A DNA stretch of 64,000 nt from the IMG/VR virus record IMGVR_UViG_3300045988_101018, positions 1 through 64,000 of that record; one strand, given 5' to 3'. The translations under genes were made by a program, and so were the position numbers. The notes below the pieces were generated by a model. The model was not told where the DNA came from. It was given only the letters and a program-made list of their open reading frames with translations, and did no database searches. The stretch comes from a virus. This document shows, piece after piece, positions 1-9,933 of the stretch. How positions within the stretch are numbered: the first letter of the stretch is position 1; each line of letters opens with the position of its first letter.

Positions 1-4
1 ACTT

Positions 5-84
5 TGTTGAAAAGTCGTGGATCTGTTGAAAAGTTGTTGAAAACTTTGTTGAAAACTATTTAATGGTATTAGGTTTGTTGAAAA
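5..84. repeat. Five direct copies of TGTTGAAAA(C/G), iteron-like
   Basis: Copies at 5, 24, 35, 48 and 76 in an ORF-free region. Confidence 0.6.
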
Positions 85-109
85 CTTTCGTTATATCGCA
101 CGTGGGACT

Positions 110-125
110 GATAAAATATTTTATC
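110..125. repeat. Perfect 16-bp palindrome GATAAAATATTTTATC, with a partial second copy at about 135..150
   Basis: Read directly. Self-complementary. Confidence 0.6.
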
Positions 126-152
126 GCATAGCATAATAATATTTTATCAGCA

Positions 153-161
153 GGGGGGGGG
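153..161. repeat. G9 homopolymer tract
   Basis: 'cagggggggggtcgg' in non-coding DNA. Confidence 0.7.
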
Positions 162-1020
162 TCGGTTTTTCGTTAGCATACCCCGCCACGTTTTGCAAGT
201 GCAATATACCTAGTTTTTTTTGCACTGATACCCCACGTATTTTATTGCACATTGTAGGGGTAGCAAACTACACTACAAAACGACAAAACCGCAGGTAGAT
301 AGGGGTATGGGGGCGTATTAAAACTTTCAGTTCGTTTTTTTTATTGTTGATCCCAGCTATGTGTTTCATCTAAACACAACCGAAAAAAATATCTGACCCA
401 CTATAAATTCATCTATATCACTCTAGAAATATATCTACATACCAACAATATGCAACTACATATATGACAATTTATAAACGGCAAGATATACGGTATGACC
501 AGATGGTGATAGATAGACCGTTAATATGCGTATACACAGGATGACGGTCGAAATACATATACGATCTATATTTGCAGACATATAAACATCCAAATAAACA
601 CCAATACAACAAAGCGATCTATATTCAAATAAATATGCTATAAGATAAGCTATTGAATTGGTGGCAATTTAAAAGATAAACTGTCGGGCTATATATAAAT
701 ATAACTACATATTGACTACATAGATATAGAAGCTATTAATATTTGATTTGATGTGTTATTGAGGACAATATAAATAACAAAAAATATACACTTGATATAA
801 AGCTATTTAGCATTAAGATATAATTGGCGATACCGTTGCCTATGCTTCGTATTTAATTAATATGACATTATAATTAGGTAGTATATCTGTATATAGTCAG
901 CATCGTAGATGCTATGATTCTATGTAACAGATATTGTCCTTTCTATATCTGCAATGTTAATTTTTTTATATCTCTGGTATAACTATTTTTTAAAAAGATG
1001 TTTGTTGAATAGATAAAACA

Positions 1021-1072
1021 AATGGGACAAATTTGTGAGTCTTATATATAAGAAATGCAAATTTGTCCCATT
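1021..1072. repeat. Stem-loop with 15-bp arms AATGGGACAAATTTG / CAAATTTGTCCCATT and a loop of about 22 nt
   Basis: The two arms are exact reverse complements. Confidence 0.6.
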
Positions 1073-1178
1073 ATATTCTCACGCCCATATGATATCGTAG
1101 ATGTCTGTATCGCTATTGTTTTGTCGTAGACATATTTATCTATTTTGTATATATCTATTTTGTTAGGAATGTATAAAT

Positions 1179-1325
1179 TTCCACAAAAAACGTGGACAAG
1201 TAGGGGTATAATGGTATAGTTGTCCACAAAAAACGTGGACAAGTCGATTACTTTTCACACTTGTCCACAAAAAACGTGGACAACTTAAAGATTTATCTCG
1301 GTTGTCCACGAAAAGTGTGGTATAA
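1179..1325 (+). promoter_or_regulatory. Operator and promoter cluster. Four copies of the palindrome TTGTCCAC-AAAAAAC-GTGGACAA (1179..1199 imperfect, 1220..1242, 1261..1283, 1302..1320 degenerate) interleaved with -10 boxes gggTATAAT (1203..1211) and TGgTATAAT (1314..1325)
   Basis: Read directly. The palindromes are perfect inverted repeats spaced about 40 bp apart. The extended -10 lies about 35 nt upstream of the RBS of the next gene. Confidence 0.6.
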
Positions 1326-1359
1326 TTCAAATGTTTTGAACTTGCTTGGAGGTGTCAAA

Positions 1360-2199
1360 TTGTCTGATAATACCTTATATGAATACGATTCAAAGTCTAA
1401 GCTTGATGGTAATGACGGTGTTTACTTTCGTATCCCCAAAGCGATTATCGTCAACAGCGATTCAAATGATATGCTTCTCACGACATTTATGTTCTTTGCC
1501 GTGAGAAGGGGTCTGGACGATAAGGTGATGTTCAATATCAACTGGATGGTCAAATGGCACGGTAAGAACTCTGATAGGCACAGTCGCGGAATAAACTCCA
1601 AGTTTGCATCTGCCGTGAACGACCTTTGCGATCTTGGCTACCTATCTCTTGATGGCGGTATCGAGAATACCAAGATGTGCATTGCCGAATTCAACAACGG
1701 AAAAGTGAAGGACGAATGCGATACGGATTACTTCGCCATCGTATATCTTGATGAGTATGAGAAGATTATGGAATATGACACCAAGAGCAAATATGTGAAC
1801 AACGATATCCTGCTTCGTGTATACGCATACCTTAAGATGAATATACGAAATAGGCCAAATAGGCTATCCAACGAAGATGCATGTCAGGAAAATCCAGTTG
1901 AAAGCAGAAGAACAAAGAAGCCAGAGGTCATGAATATGTTCTATCGTGATGAAGCTGAGGAGATTGGTATTTCAGAAAGAGCAATGTCGCAGGCGGTAAA
2001 GGTGCTGTATGAACTTGGGCTTCTCTATTATGAACCGCTGCCGAGAGTCAAGGTTGACGGCAAATGGAGAACCAACCACACTCTCGTGTGCAATATGTAC
2101 AAACGTGAGAACGGCTATCTGATGACTTGCGGTGAGGGCTACTATATGCGCGAGATTTCAAACAAGAAGAAGCTGCTGATGAAGATTGGGATGATATAG
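1360..2199 (+). CDS. DNA-binding regulator, or replication initiator / replisome-organizer-like protein. Probable TTG start at 1360. The ORF-track start at 1261 lies inside the operators.
   Basis: RBS GGAGGTG at 1347..1353. C-terminal helix-turn-helix-like stretch 'EIGISERAMSQAVKVLYELGLL'. Sits directly downstream of the four palindromes. Confidence 0.4.
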   Translation: MSDNTLYEYDSKSKLDGNDGVYFRIPKAIIVNSDSNDMLLTTFMFFAVRRGLDDKVMFNINWMVKWHGKNSDRHSRGINSKFASAVNDLCDLGYLSLDGGIENTKMCIAEFNNGKVKDECDTDYFAIVYLDEYEKIMEYDTKSKYVNNDILLRVYAYLKMNIRNRPNRLSNEDACQENPVESRRTKKPEVMNMFYRDEAEEIGISERAMSQAVKVLYELGLLYYEPLPRVKVDGKWRTNHTLVCNMYKRENGYLMTCGEGYYMREISNKKKLLMKIGMI

Positions 2200-2402
2200 A
2201 ATGCTTGAAAATAATGTAAAAATCTTCTTTACTTTTAACTGATAATGTTATATGCTATGTATTGAAGTTAGGTTTTTTATTTAAGAAGGTGTATCTGATA
2301 TGAATCTCATCTGCACTCTCATCGTTTGCGGTATCATCTATGCGATCTGCAACTAGTATGTAACGTGGCTTTTGCATTGATAAAGAATCAGGAGGTGGCA
2401 AC

Positions 2403-5303
2403 GTGCTCGATAAGCAGATAGACATCTACTCCCTAGACACTGGGAACTTTTATGACAATAGAGAGTCCTCCCTTCACTGGCTTAATCACAAGCTGAGAAG
2501 TGAAAGGAACCAACTGCTGAATGGCGCTGTTATCAAAGGCAATGATGGCAAGACAAAGAAAACAATAGTCGGTGTCCGAAACATTGAGTCTAAGTTTGAG
2601 TCTTACGGTGTTGACAAAGATGGTCTTGCATCTATTGCTAAGGACGAATATGATTTTTCTTTGTTTGGAGATGATAGCAAAGAGCTGAGTGAGCTTGGTT
2701 GCGAGTATCGCCGATTGAAGAATCTGGTATCTCTTAAAAACACAAAGATCAACGAAACTAAGGAAAGGCTACTTACCCTTCTGTCTAATAAGGTTGAATC
2801 GAATATTGCGTCAGACGGTAGACACCACACAAGAATGCTTCGTGATAACCAAGTATCAGAGAAGAACATCATTTCTGTATTCGATTCATATTTCACAAGA
2901 ACCATCGGTGCCAAGCCAGATGAGCTATGCGAAGACTTCATGGTTATTCAGGTCTATTATTTCGATATGATTAAAGACTTGATTTACAATGGTTTCGAAT
3001 ACAATGGCGAGAAGTATATTTACTTCACTTCTTCTGCTGGGCAGATTCGCACAAAGAAATGTGTATTCGTCAAAGAGTCAACTTGGAAAAAGCATGAGAA
3101 GACGATTATGTGCGGGTTGACGATTGACGACATCAATGCACATGGCGGTAACAATCCCAATAAGCATCTTGCTTATATGGCGCTTGCAAATTCTGCAACC
3201 GATGTATGGAATGAGTTCGACATTGACAAGACTATCGTTATCGATGATTTTGAGACTGATGTTATTGGTACATATGATTTAATTGACGATGCGGACTACT
3301 CCATCAAGAGGATAACTGGCAATGTGCCTATCCCCCATACTGATGGAGCGGGAATGATGTTGCCTTGTCTTGGTAGAAATCGTATGGTTAGGCTACCGTG
3401 GGTAAAGGGTCTTCTTGGCGCTTTTGATTTTAAGAAGTTCATCGAAGTGAATGAATGCTCTCCTGTTATCAAGGATATATATGGCAAAGAACATAACATC
3501 GTTGATGAGGATATTCAAATTATCTTTACCAAATCTCAGTTTAAGATGAACAAATATTATGAATCTTGGGATCAATATAAGGAGATGTTCAAGAGATATG
3601 GGTGTACAGCTGGCGTAACTAATGTCGAGGAAGAGCGCATCAAAGACGCTACTATCAATTATCAGATGCTTCAGACATTGACTGATGTTACCGATGATGA
3701 GCTTGCAGATATTGCCTACCAGTCAACAAATAAGCTTGAGAATTTATGCGGTTCCGTTGAGAGTATCAAGGATGTGTTCGGTGCAACGCCGTATAATACA
3801 AATAAGACCGCTTTTCAAAAGGCTATCGACCTTTACCCAGCTTTGTTGAATGATGAATATGCAAAGTCTCAGTTGAGAGATATCAAAGATAGCATGGTCA
3901 AAAGGTTCAAGGCCGGAAAGCTGAAGGTTCATGGCAAGTATACATTTTTACTTCCAGACTTCTATGCCGCTTGCGAGCATTGGTTTATGGGTAAAGATAA
4001 TCCTGACGGCCTGCTTGAAGACGGAGAGGTGTTCTGTTGGTTGTTTAGAAAAGATGAAAAGCTTGATTGCCTTCGCTCTCCTCATCTTTTCATGGAACAT
4101 GCTATTAGAAAAAATGTTGCCTGCTATGCGTATGGAGATAAAAAGAATAGTGTTAGAGAGTGGTTTGGCACAGATGCCGTATACACAAGCTGCAAGGACA
4201 TGATTAGTAAGATTCTTCAATTTGATGTTGATGGGGACAAATCGTTAGTTGTTGCAGATAAGACTCTTATTGCAGTTGCGGAAAGAAATCTTAAGAAGTT
4301 TGACATTGTGCCGCTTTACTACAATATGCGAAAAGCTGAGCCAGTACATCTTGATAACGCTGCAATCTACGGTGGACTTCATGCTGCATTTGTTGGTGGA
4401 AATATCGGAATCTACAGCAATAACATCTCTAAGATTTGGAACAGCGAGGTGTTCATATCTGGTACAGACGAAGATAAGAGACGTGCAATTGATGTAATTA
4501 GACTTCTTTGCATGGAGAATAATTTTGTAATCGACTATGCTAAAACGTTGTATAAACCAGAAAGACCAGATTACGAAAAGGAGCTGATAACTGGTTTTAC
4601 TAAAGACCCTCTCCCTCATTTCTTTGTATATGCGAAGGATAAAAAGCTGCATCAGGTATCTGATATCAACAACAGTCTCGTCAATAAGCTTAATGACATT
4701 ATTCCGAATCCTAGAATCAATTGCAGAAAGCTTGGCCTTGATAAGATTGATTATGCACTTATGATGAGAGATGTTAGAACGGAATGCAGGATATCGTTTA
4801 CAGACAGAGGTAAGATTATCAAGGAAGAAACCGATCCGTTGATTGTTAAGTATTGTGAACTGAATAAGAAGTATCAGTTTGCATTGAACGATGCGGTTAA
4901 GGGTTTTTCTTCTGACGATATGTCAAAATCTAAGATGCGCCGCGATTTAAAGTATAGAAAGATTTCTAAGGAGATATATGAAGAGCTTTCTTCGTTTGGA
5001 TACGATGATTTTAAGATTGTCGATATTCTCGTGAAGTTTCTTTACGGTATCAAGGGTGGCAAAAATAAGATGGCTCTTTGGCTGTGTTATGGAGATATCG
5101 TTTATGATAATCTTTCTCGTAATGTAAAGCGAGAGACGCGAGACGTGCAATGCGTGGACTGTGGAGAATGGTTTGAAGTCAGTATCAAGGATACAAAAAC
5201 ATGTAGATGTTATGAATGTACGCAAGAGCACAAGCGCGAACTTGCCAGATTAAGAAAGAAAAAACAGCGCGAAACTCAAAAGTCACGCGACCAGAATATT
5301 TAA
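2403..5303 (+). CDS. 966-aa protein with a DxDGD motif (FDVDGDK) and a C-terminal Cys4 zinc ribbon. Could be a polymerase, a primase or a YonO-like RNA polymerase. Function unresolved.
   Basis: GTG start with RBS GGAGGTGG. No P-loop (Walker A) found. Motifs 'FDIDKT' and 'FDVDGDKS'. C-terminal CVDCGEW...CRCYEC. Confidence 0.3.
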   Translation: MLDKQIDIYSLDTGNFYDNRESSLHWLNHKLRSERNQLLNGAVIKGNDGKTKKTIVGVRNIESKFESYGVDKDGLASIAKDEYDFSLFGDDSKELSELGCEYRRLKNLVSLKNTKINETKERLLTLLSNKVESNIASDGRHHTRMLRDNQVSEKNIISVFDSYFTRTIGAKPDELCEDFMVIQVYYFDMIKDLIYNGFEYNGEKYIYFTSSAGQIRTKKCVFVKESTWKKHEKTIMCGLTIDDINAHGGNNPNKHLAYMALANSATDVWNEFDIDKTIVIDDFETDVIGTYDLIDDADYSIKRITGNVPIPHTDGAGMMLPCLGRNRMVRLPWVKGLLGAFDFKKFIEVNECSPVIKDIYGKEHNIVDEDIQIIFTKSQFKMNKYYESWDQYKEMFKRYGCTAGVTNVEEERIKDATINYQMLQTLTDVTDDELADIAYQSTNKLENLCGSVESIKDVFGATPYNTNKTAFQKAIDLYPALLNDEYAKSQLRDIKDSMVKRFKAGKLKVHGKYTFLLPDFYAACEHWFMGKDNPDGLLEDGEVFCWLFRKDEKLDCLRSPHLFMEHAIRKNVACYAYGDKKNSVREWFGTDAVYTSCKDMISKILQFDVDGDKSLVVADKTLIAVAERNLKKFDIVPLYYNMRKAEPVHLDNAAIYGGLHAAFVGGNIGIYSNNISKIWNSEVFISGTDEDKRRAIDVIRLLCMENNFVIDYAKTLYKPERPDYEKELITGFTKDPLPHFFVYAKDKKLHQVSDINNSLVNKLNDIIPNPRINCRKLGLDKIDYALMMRDVRTECRISFTDRGKIIKEETDPLIVKYCELNKKYQFALNDAVKGFSSDDMSKSKMRRDLKYRKISKEIYEELSSFGYDDFKIVDILVKFLYGIKGGKNKMALWLCYGDIVYDNLSRNVKRETRDVQCVDCGEWFEVSIKDTKTCRCYECTQEHKRELARLRKKKQRETQKSRDQNI

Positions 5304-5471
5304 ACATATAACATACTATTAAGGTTATATGTTTAAATTTACTGATTTTTAAAATACATAGATTTAGTGTCATTTGGAAATTTTGAAATCTCGCTATATG
5401 GAGGACATATATATTTCAAGACTTTTTTCAAAATTGCCAACTACACCAATTAAGTATGAAGGAGAAGATTA

Positions 5472-5798
5472 ATGGCTAAGAATGATGACAAAAAGGTTAC
5501 ATATACGAAAGATATGCTAATTAAGGCCGTTGCCAAGGATTGTAGAATCGATAAGAATACGGTTAAGGGTGTATATGAATCTCTTGAAGAGAACGTTTCA
5601 GACGCTTTGTCTCTAGCAAATGAAGATAGAAATATTTCTGTTAGGCTGTTTGAGGGTATCGTATTAAACGGAGTATATGTTCCATCTCATGAGAAGGTTA
5701 ATAATCTTACGGGAGAGACAATTGTGACGAAGAGCAAGATTGTTCCAAAGGCTCACATCACAAGAACATATTGCGATAAGATTAGCTCTCGTAAGTAA
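5472..5798 (+). CDS. HU/IHF-family histone-like DNA-binding protein
   Basis: 108 aa. Sequence pattern 'TKDMLIKAVAKDCRIDKNTVKGVYESLEENVSDAL...LTGETIVTKSKIVPKAHI' matches the HU fold signature. Confidence 0.55.
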   Translation: MAKNDDKKVTYTKDMLIKAVAKDCRIDKNTVKGVYESLEENVSDALSLANEDRNISVRLFEGIVLNGVYVPSHEKVNNLTGETIVTKSKIVPKAHITRTYCDKISSRK

Positions 5799-5839
5799 AT
5801 AATCGTTATATACGCAGCTAGTTGGCTGAATATATAAAT

Positions 5840-5866
5840 GCGAAGATTGCTCTTCGCGTATTTTTC
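5840..5866 (+). terminator. Rho-independent terminator: GCGAAGA-ttgc-TCTTCGC followed by a T-tract
   Basis: Hairpin plus 'gtattttt'. Confidence 0.6.
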
Positions 5867-5993
5867 TTGCATTCATATTTCTACACCTTTCTTTGTTGTT
5901 GCTGTGACTTCCTTTTTGGTTGTCACAGCAACGAATAATTTATGCCGTGTATGTTATGCAAGATAACAATTAAATATTGATATAACTCAGACT

Positions 5994-6023
5994 GGGTGGC
6001 CTTAGCCACCCTTCTTTGTTTTT
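5994..6023 (+). terminator. Rho-independent terminator: GGGTGGC-ctta-GCCACCC followed by a T-tract
   Basis: Read directly. Confidence 0.6.
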
Positions 6024-6162
6024 GTTCTGGGTGAAATTAGTTCAATGCAGAACATCCAATAGTGTATGAAGTAAAAGTTTGGAAGATATTTGTGAAAATC
6101 AAATATTTCACCATCATCTTGTTTTGTTACTGCAAGATGAAAAATATGAGGAGGTGCCATAC

Positions 6163-7368
6163 GTGAATTTACATAAAGGCGAATCTGAAAATCTAGAACA
6201 ATATATTTGGAGACTTGGGCAAGCCAAGGAATCTGGAATTATAGATATGAATTGGGACGAACTGGCCGATATCATTAACAAGGAAATCGGCAATGAAGAT
6301 ATGCCTTATACTTCCTCGGCATTTAGAAAACCATATCAGCAGGCAAAAAAGTTTTATGATGCTGGTGTGTTTAATAAATATGACAATGATGAATATCTAA
6401 AAGAATTGCAATCTCAAAAACAAGAACTTGAGAAGCAGCAAGTTAAGGTTCGTGATGAGCGCAATGAACTTCGTAGGATGATTCGTGAACAGGCGCGAAA
6501 AGAAAGCTACAAAGAGCAAATCATAAGAAGCATTTCTGAAAGCGACTGTCACCCACTTTTTTATGATGAAGACAAGAAGTTCACTGGCTCTTTAAAGTCG
6601 GATAATGATATCGTATGCACTTTCTTTGATGTGCATACTGGTATTGAAGTAGATAATTATTTCAATAAGTTTAATAACGATATTTTGCGAGATAGAATTA
6701 ATCAATATCTTGATAAGATTTTTGAAGTTCAGTTACGTCACGGTTCAGAGAACATCTATGTCATTCTAAGCGAACTCATCTCTGGCTTCATTCATAATAC
6801 TATTAGAATTGAAAATAATCAGAACATCATTGAGCAGTTTTTAACTGTTACAGATTATCTGTCTCAGTTCTTAACAGAGTTAAGTTATAGATTTAATACT
6901 GTAAATGTGTATGTAAGCATGGGCAATCACTCCCGTCTTTCTCAGAATAAAGATGAGAATTTGCGTGGAGAAAATATGGACTTGCTTGCTATCCCCTATC
7001 TCAGTGCAAAGCTACAGAATTTTAAAAATGTAGTATTTCACGAAAACGATATTGAATGCAGCATTGCTATATTCAATGTTCGCGGACAGATGATATATGG
7101 GGTGCATGGTGATCGCGATAATCTAAACAACATGGTTCAGAAGCTAACTATGTTTACTGGTAGAAAGCCAGATATTATTTATTGTGGTCATAGACATACG
7201 AATGCAATGGTTACATCTTATGATACAAAGGTTCTTCAGGCTGGTACGTTTGCTGGTGGCGGAGATGAATATTGCTTAGATAAAAGGCTTAGAAACAAGC
7301 CAGAGCAGTTGATTTCCGTGATAACAGAAGATGGGCTTGATTGTATTTACGATATTAAATTTAAATAG
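6163..7368 (+). CDS. Calcineurin-like metallophosphoesterase (Mre11/SbcD-like fold) with an N-terminal coiled coil
   Basis: Motifs D-x-H (FFDVHTG), GNH (MGNHSRL), GD (GVHGDRDN) and GHxH (CGHRHT). RBS GAGGAGG before a GTG start. Confidence 0.5.
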   Translation: MNLHKGESENLEQYIWRLGQAKESGIIDMNWDELADIINKEIGNEDMPYTSSAFRKPYQQAKKFYDAGVFNKYDNDEYLKELQSQKQELEKQQVKVRDERNELRRMIREQARKESYKEQIIRSISESDCHPLFYDEDKKFTGSLKSDNDIVCTFFDVHTGIEVDNYFNKFNNDILRDRINQYLDKIFEVQLRHGSENIYVILSELISGFIHNTIRIENNQNIIEQFLTVTDYLSQFLTELSYRFNTVNVYVSMGNHSRLSQNKDENLRGENMDLLAIPYLSAKLQNFKNVVFHENDIECSIAIFNVRGQMIYGVHGDRDNLNNMVQKLTMFTGRKPDIIYCGHRHTNAMVTSYDTKVLQAGTFAGGGDEYCLDKRLRNKPEQLISVITEDGLDCIYDIKFK

Positions 7369-7398
7369 TTTGTTTGAAGAAAGGTGGTGTAGTGTCGT

Positions 7399-8412
7399 AT
7401 GGCGGGAAGAACAGCTAGAAAAAATGATGACTCCACTTCGACACTGCATTGTGCTTGTTGTGGTAAGGAGCTTAAGTCAAAAGATTTTTATAAATCAAAT
7501 AGTGACTTATATGCTTCATATGGAAAGATGCCGTGGTGCAAAGAATGCATTAATAAAATTTATTATAATTATTTAAACGTATATAAAACCAACGGATATG
7601 CAAACCCAGAAAAAAAGGCCGTTGAGCGAATATGCATGTTTTTAGATGTATATTTTTGCGATGATGCATATAATGCCACTGTTAAAAGAATGGAAGATGG
7701 CGATTTAACATGCTCTCTCATATCTTCTTATATCTCGATTTCACCACTTAGACAGTACAGAGGTGGTTATGATAGAACGTTAGAAGAAAGATATAATGAA
7801 GCAAAGTTTAATAATAAGCCCATATCTATATATTCAGATGACGATTCTGATATGAACGAAACCATAGACAAGGCGATAAAATTATTTGGCAATGGTTTCG
7901 ATAATGATGATTATATCTTTCTTTACAATGAATATTGTGACTGGACTACTAGACACGAGTGCAATACAAAAGCCCAAGAAGAGGTTTTTAAGCAACTGTG
8001 TTTTAATCAGCTTGAGTTGTTAAAGGCGACCAGGGCAAAGCAGGATACAAAGGATTTGACGGCTACATTCCAGAAGCTTCTTGACACAGCTAAATTGCAG
8101 CCGAAACAAAATTCTGGTGATGCCACATCTGATAGCCAAACATTTGGCACACTTATTGATAAGTGGGAAAACACAAGGCCGATTCCAGAGCCAGAAGGTG
8201 ATTTGAAAGATGTTGATAAAATAGGTCTTTACATTGACACATTTTTTCGTGGACATCTTGCAAAGATGATGGGTTTAAAGAACGGGCTTTCAAAACTCTA
8301 TGACAGATTTATGAAAAAGTATACCGTTGAAAAGCCAGAGTATGACGATGATGAAGACAACGAAGCTTTGTTTGATGCCATTTTTGGTGACACCGTTATG
8401 GATGATGATTAG
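7399..8412 (+). CDS. Hypothetical protein with an N-terminal Cys4 zinc ribbon and an acidic C-terminus. Possible small terminase by position only.
   Basis: CACCGK...CKEC near the N-terminus. C-terminal 'YDDDEDNE...DDD'. Sits immediately upstream of the terminase. Confidence 0.25.
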   Translation: MAGRTARKNDDSTSTLHCACCGKELKSKDFYKSNSDLYASYGKMPWCKECINKIYYNYLNVYKTNGYANPEKKAVERICMFLDVYFCDDAYNATVKRMEDGDLTCSLISSYISISPLRQYRGGYDRTLEERYNEAKFNNKPISIYSDDDSDMNETIDKAIKLFGNGFDNDDYIFLYNEYCDWTTRHECNTKAQEEVFKQLCFNQLELLKATRAKQDTKDLTATFQKLLDTAKLQPKQNSGDATSDSQTFGTLIDKWENTRPIPEPEGDLKDVDKIGLYIDTFFRGHLAKMMGLKNGLSKLYDRFMKKYTVEKPEYDDDEDNEALFDAIFGDTVMDDD

Positions 8413-8423
8413 GCGGTGTTCAT

Positions 8424-8648
8424 ATGACGAATAAAGTTAATAGAAAAAAATCAGAAAAAGAGATTGCTAACGAAAAATCAGAACGCATTATGAATGGCAT
8501 TGCAGTGTGGGCTGGTTTTTACAGGGCTAATCCCCATCGCTTTGTTGTTGATTATTTAAATATTAAATTAAAACTATTTCAAAAGATATTGCTGTACGCG
8601 ATGATGCATAACAATTTTTTCATGTACATTGCCGCGCGTGGACAGGGT
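8424..8648 (+). CDS. Terminase large subunit, exon 1. Ends ...IAARGQG.
   Basis: Translation stops 7 codons past 'ARGQG'. Splicing to 9934 yields the Walker A motif ARGQGKT. Confidence 0.6.
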
Positions 8649-9933
8649 GAACTGTCTTGCCCTGTATAAATCGGGTAAAATCGGTGAAGTCTAAAATTGT
8701 TTTAACCAGAAGATAGATTTGGAAGTCATGAGCCAAATTGATAAGAGCGGATTCGAACACCGCTCTTCTTCTGTTTAATATAAATGTTCGTCCTTTGTTC
8801 GGAGGATAAAAATGACAAAAAGACTAGATATTGAACATGTTAGAAATCTTGTACATGAGATAGCTGGATACACGCTGTTAGATAATGTATATACTAATAA
8901 TAATACGAAGATGACGGCAGTTGATAAAGATGGCTATAAATATTATTTTACACTATCTAATTTAAAATACGCTAAGTCTGCTAGAATGGTAGACAAGTCA
9001 AATCCATATTCAATAGATAATATTAAATTGTGGTTGAAAAATCACGGTATACCGTATGAACTTTTGTCAACAGAATATAACGGCAATGGTTCAAAAAATA
9101 GAAATAAACAATTGTTGAAGTTACGATGTGATAATGGTCATATTTTTTATAGAACGTGGAATGATATTAGAACAGATGGTGTTAGATGTGAAGATTGTGC
9201 GAGAAGATATGTGAACAAAGAACAGTTTTTATCTTTTATTTCCGATAAATATGGAGACGAATACGAAATAATTGGTGAATATGTTAATAGTCAAACTAAA
9301 ATACAAATAAAGCATAATAAGTGCGGAAATGTTTTCTATGCTACGCCAAATTCATTGGCTAATGGGCATGGTTGTCCAAATTCTTCTTGCTGTAAAAAGC
9401 ATGGAGAAGATCATTACAGATATAATAAAAATTTATCTGATGAGGAAAGATATTCTGATAGAAAGTCTAAAAAAGAATATCGTGATTGGCGGTCTTCTGT
9501 GTATGCCGCTTATAATTTTACATGTGATATTTGTGGGCATAAATCTTCAAAAGACAATAAAATTGTTGCACATCATATAGAATCATATGATGCAAATGAA
9601 GATTTAAGATATGATATTTCAAATGGCGTTGCGCTATGTGAATCATGTCACAGAGACTTTCATCATAAGTTTGGATATGGACATAATACAAGAAAACAAT
9701 ATGAACAATATAAAGACAATTATGATAATACCGAGGTAATCCATCAGATTGCGTAAGGCTGGTGGACACCGTAGAGCGTACTAGGTGAATAAATATAATC
9801 CTAGCAAGAGTACCCGACAATTTATTTATAAATTGAAAATGTACGCCAAACTGGATTGGAATAAACCAATCGATGTAAATGGAGGAAACTCCCAGAGCAA
9901 CAGATAAAAAACTGTTGGATAATAATGATTTTG
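8649..9933 (+). mobile_element. Putative group I intron carrying an HNH homing endonuclease
   Basis: The 5' exon ends in U, which forms a U-G wobble pair. The exon sequence CAGGGU can pair with the intronic guide sequence GCCCUG at 8659..8664 (helix P1). The intron ends in G at 9933 (omegaG). The internal ORF has its own RBS. Confidence 0.55.
8812..9756 (+). CDS. HNH homing endonuclease encoded inside the intron
   Basis: C-terminal HNH motif 'HHIESYD...NGVALCESCHRDFHHKFG' plus zinc-binding Cys clusters. Confidence 0.7.
   Translation: MTKRLDIEHVRNLVHEIAGYTLLDNVYTNNNTKMTAVDKDGYKYYFTLSNLKYAKSARMVDKSNPYSIDNIKLWLKNHGIPYELLSTEYNGNGSKNRNKQLLKLRCDNGHIFYRTWNDIRTDGVRCEDCARRYVNKEQFLSFISDKYGDEYEIIGEYVNSQTKIQIKHNKCGNVFYATPNSLANGHGCPNSSCCKKHGEDHYRYNKNLSDEERYSDRKSKKEYRDWRSSVYAAYNFTCDICGHKSSKDNKIVAHHIESYDANEDLRYDISNGVALCESCHRDFHHKFGYGHNTRKQYEQYKDNYDNTEVIHQIA

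Noticed and set aside
1042-1242. Minus-strand 66-aa ORF in the control region
   Set aside because: It overlaps the stem-loop and the operators. It is AT-rich and has no RBS.
1261-1359. 5' extension of the regulator ORF back to 1261
   Set aside because: That start lies inside operator copy 3 and upstream of the -10 box. An RBS GGAGGTG followed by TTG at 1360 is a far better start.
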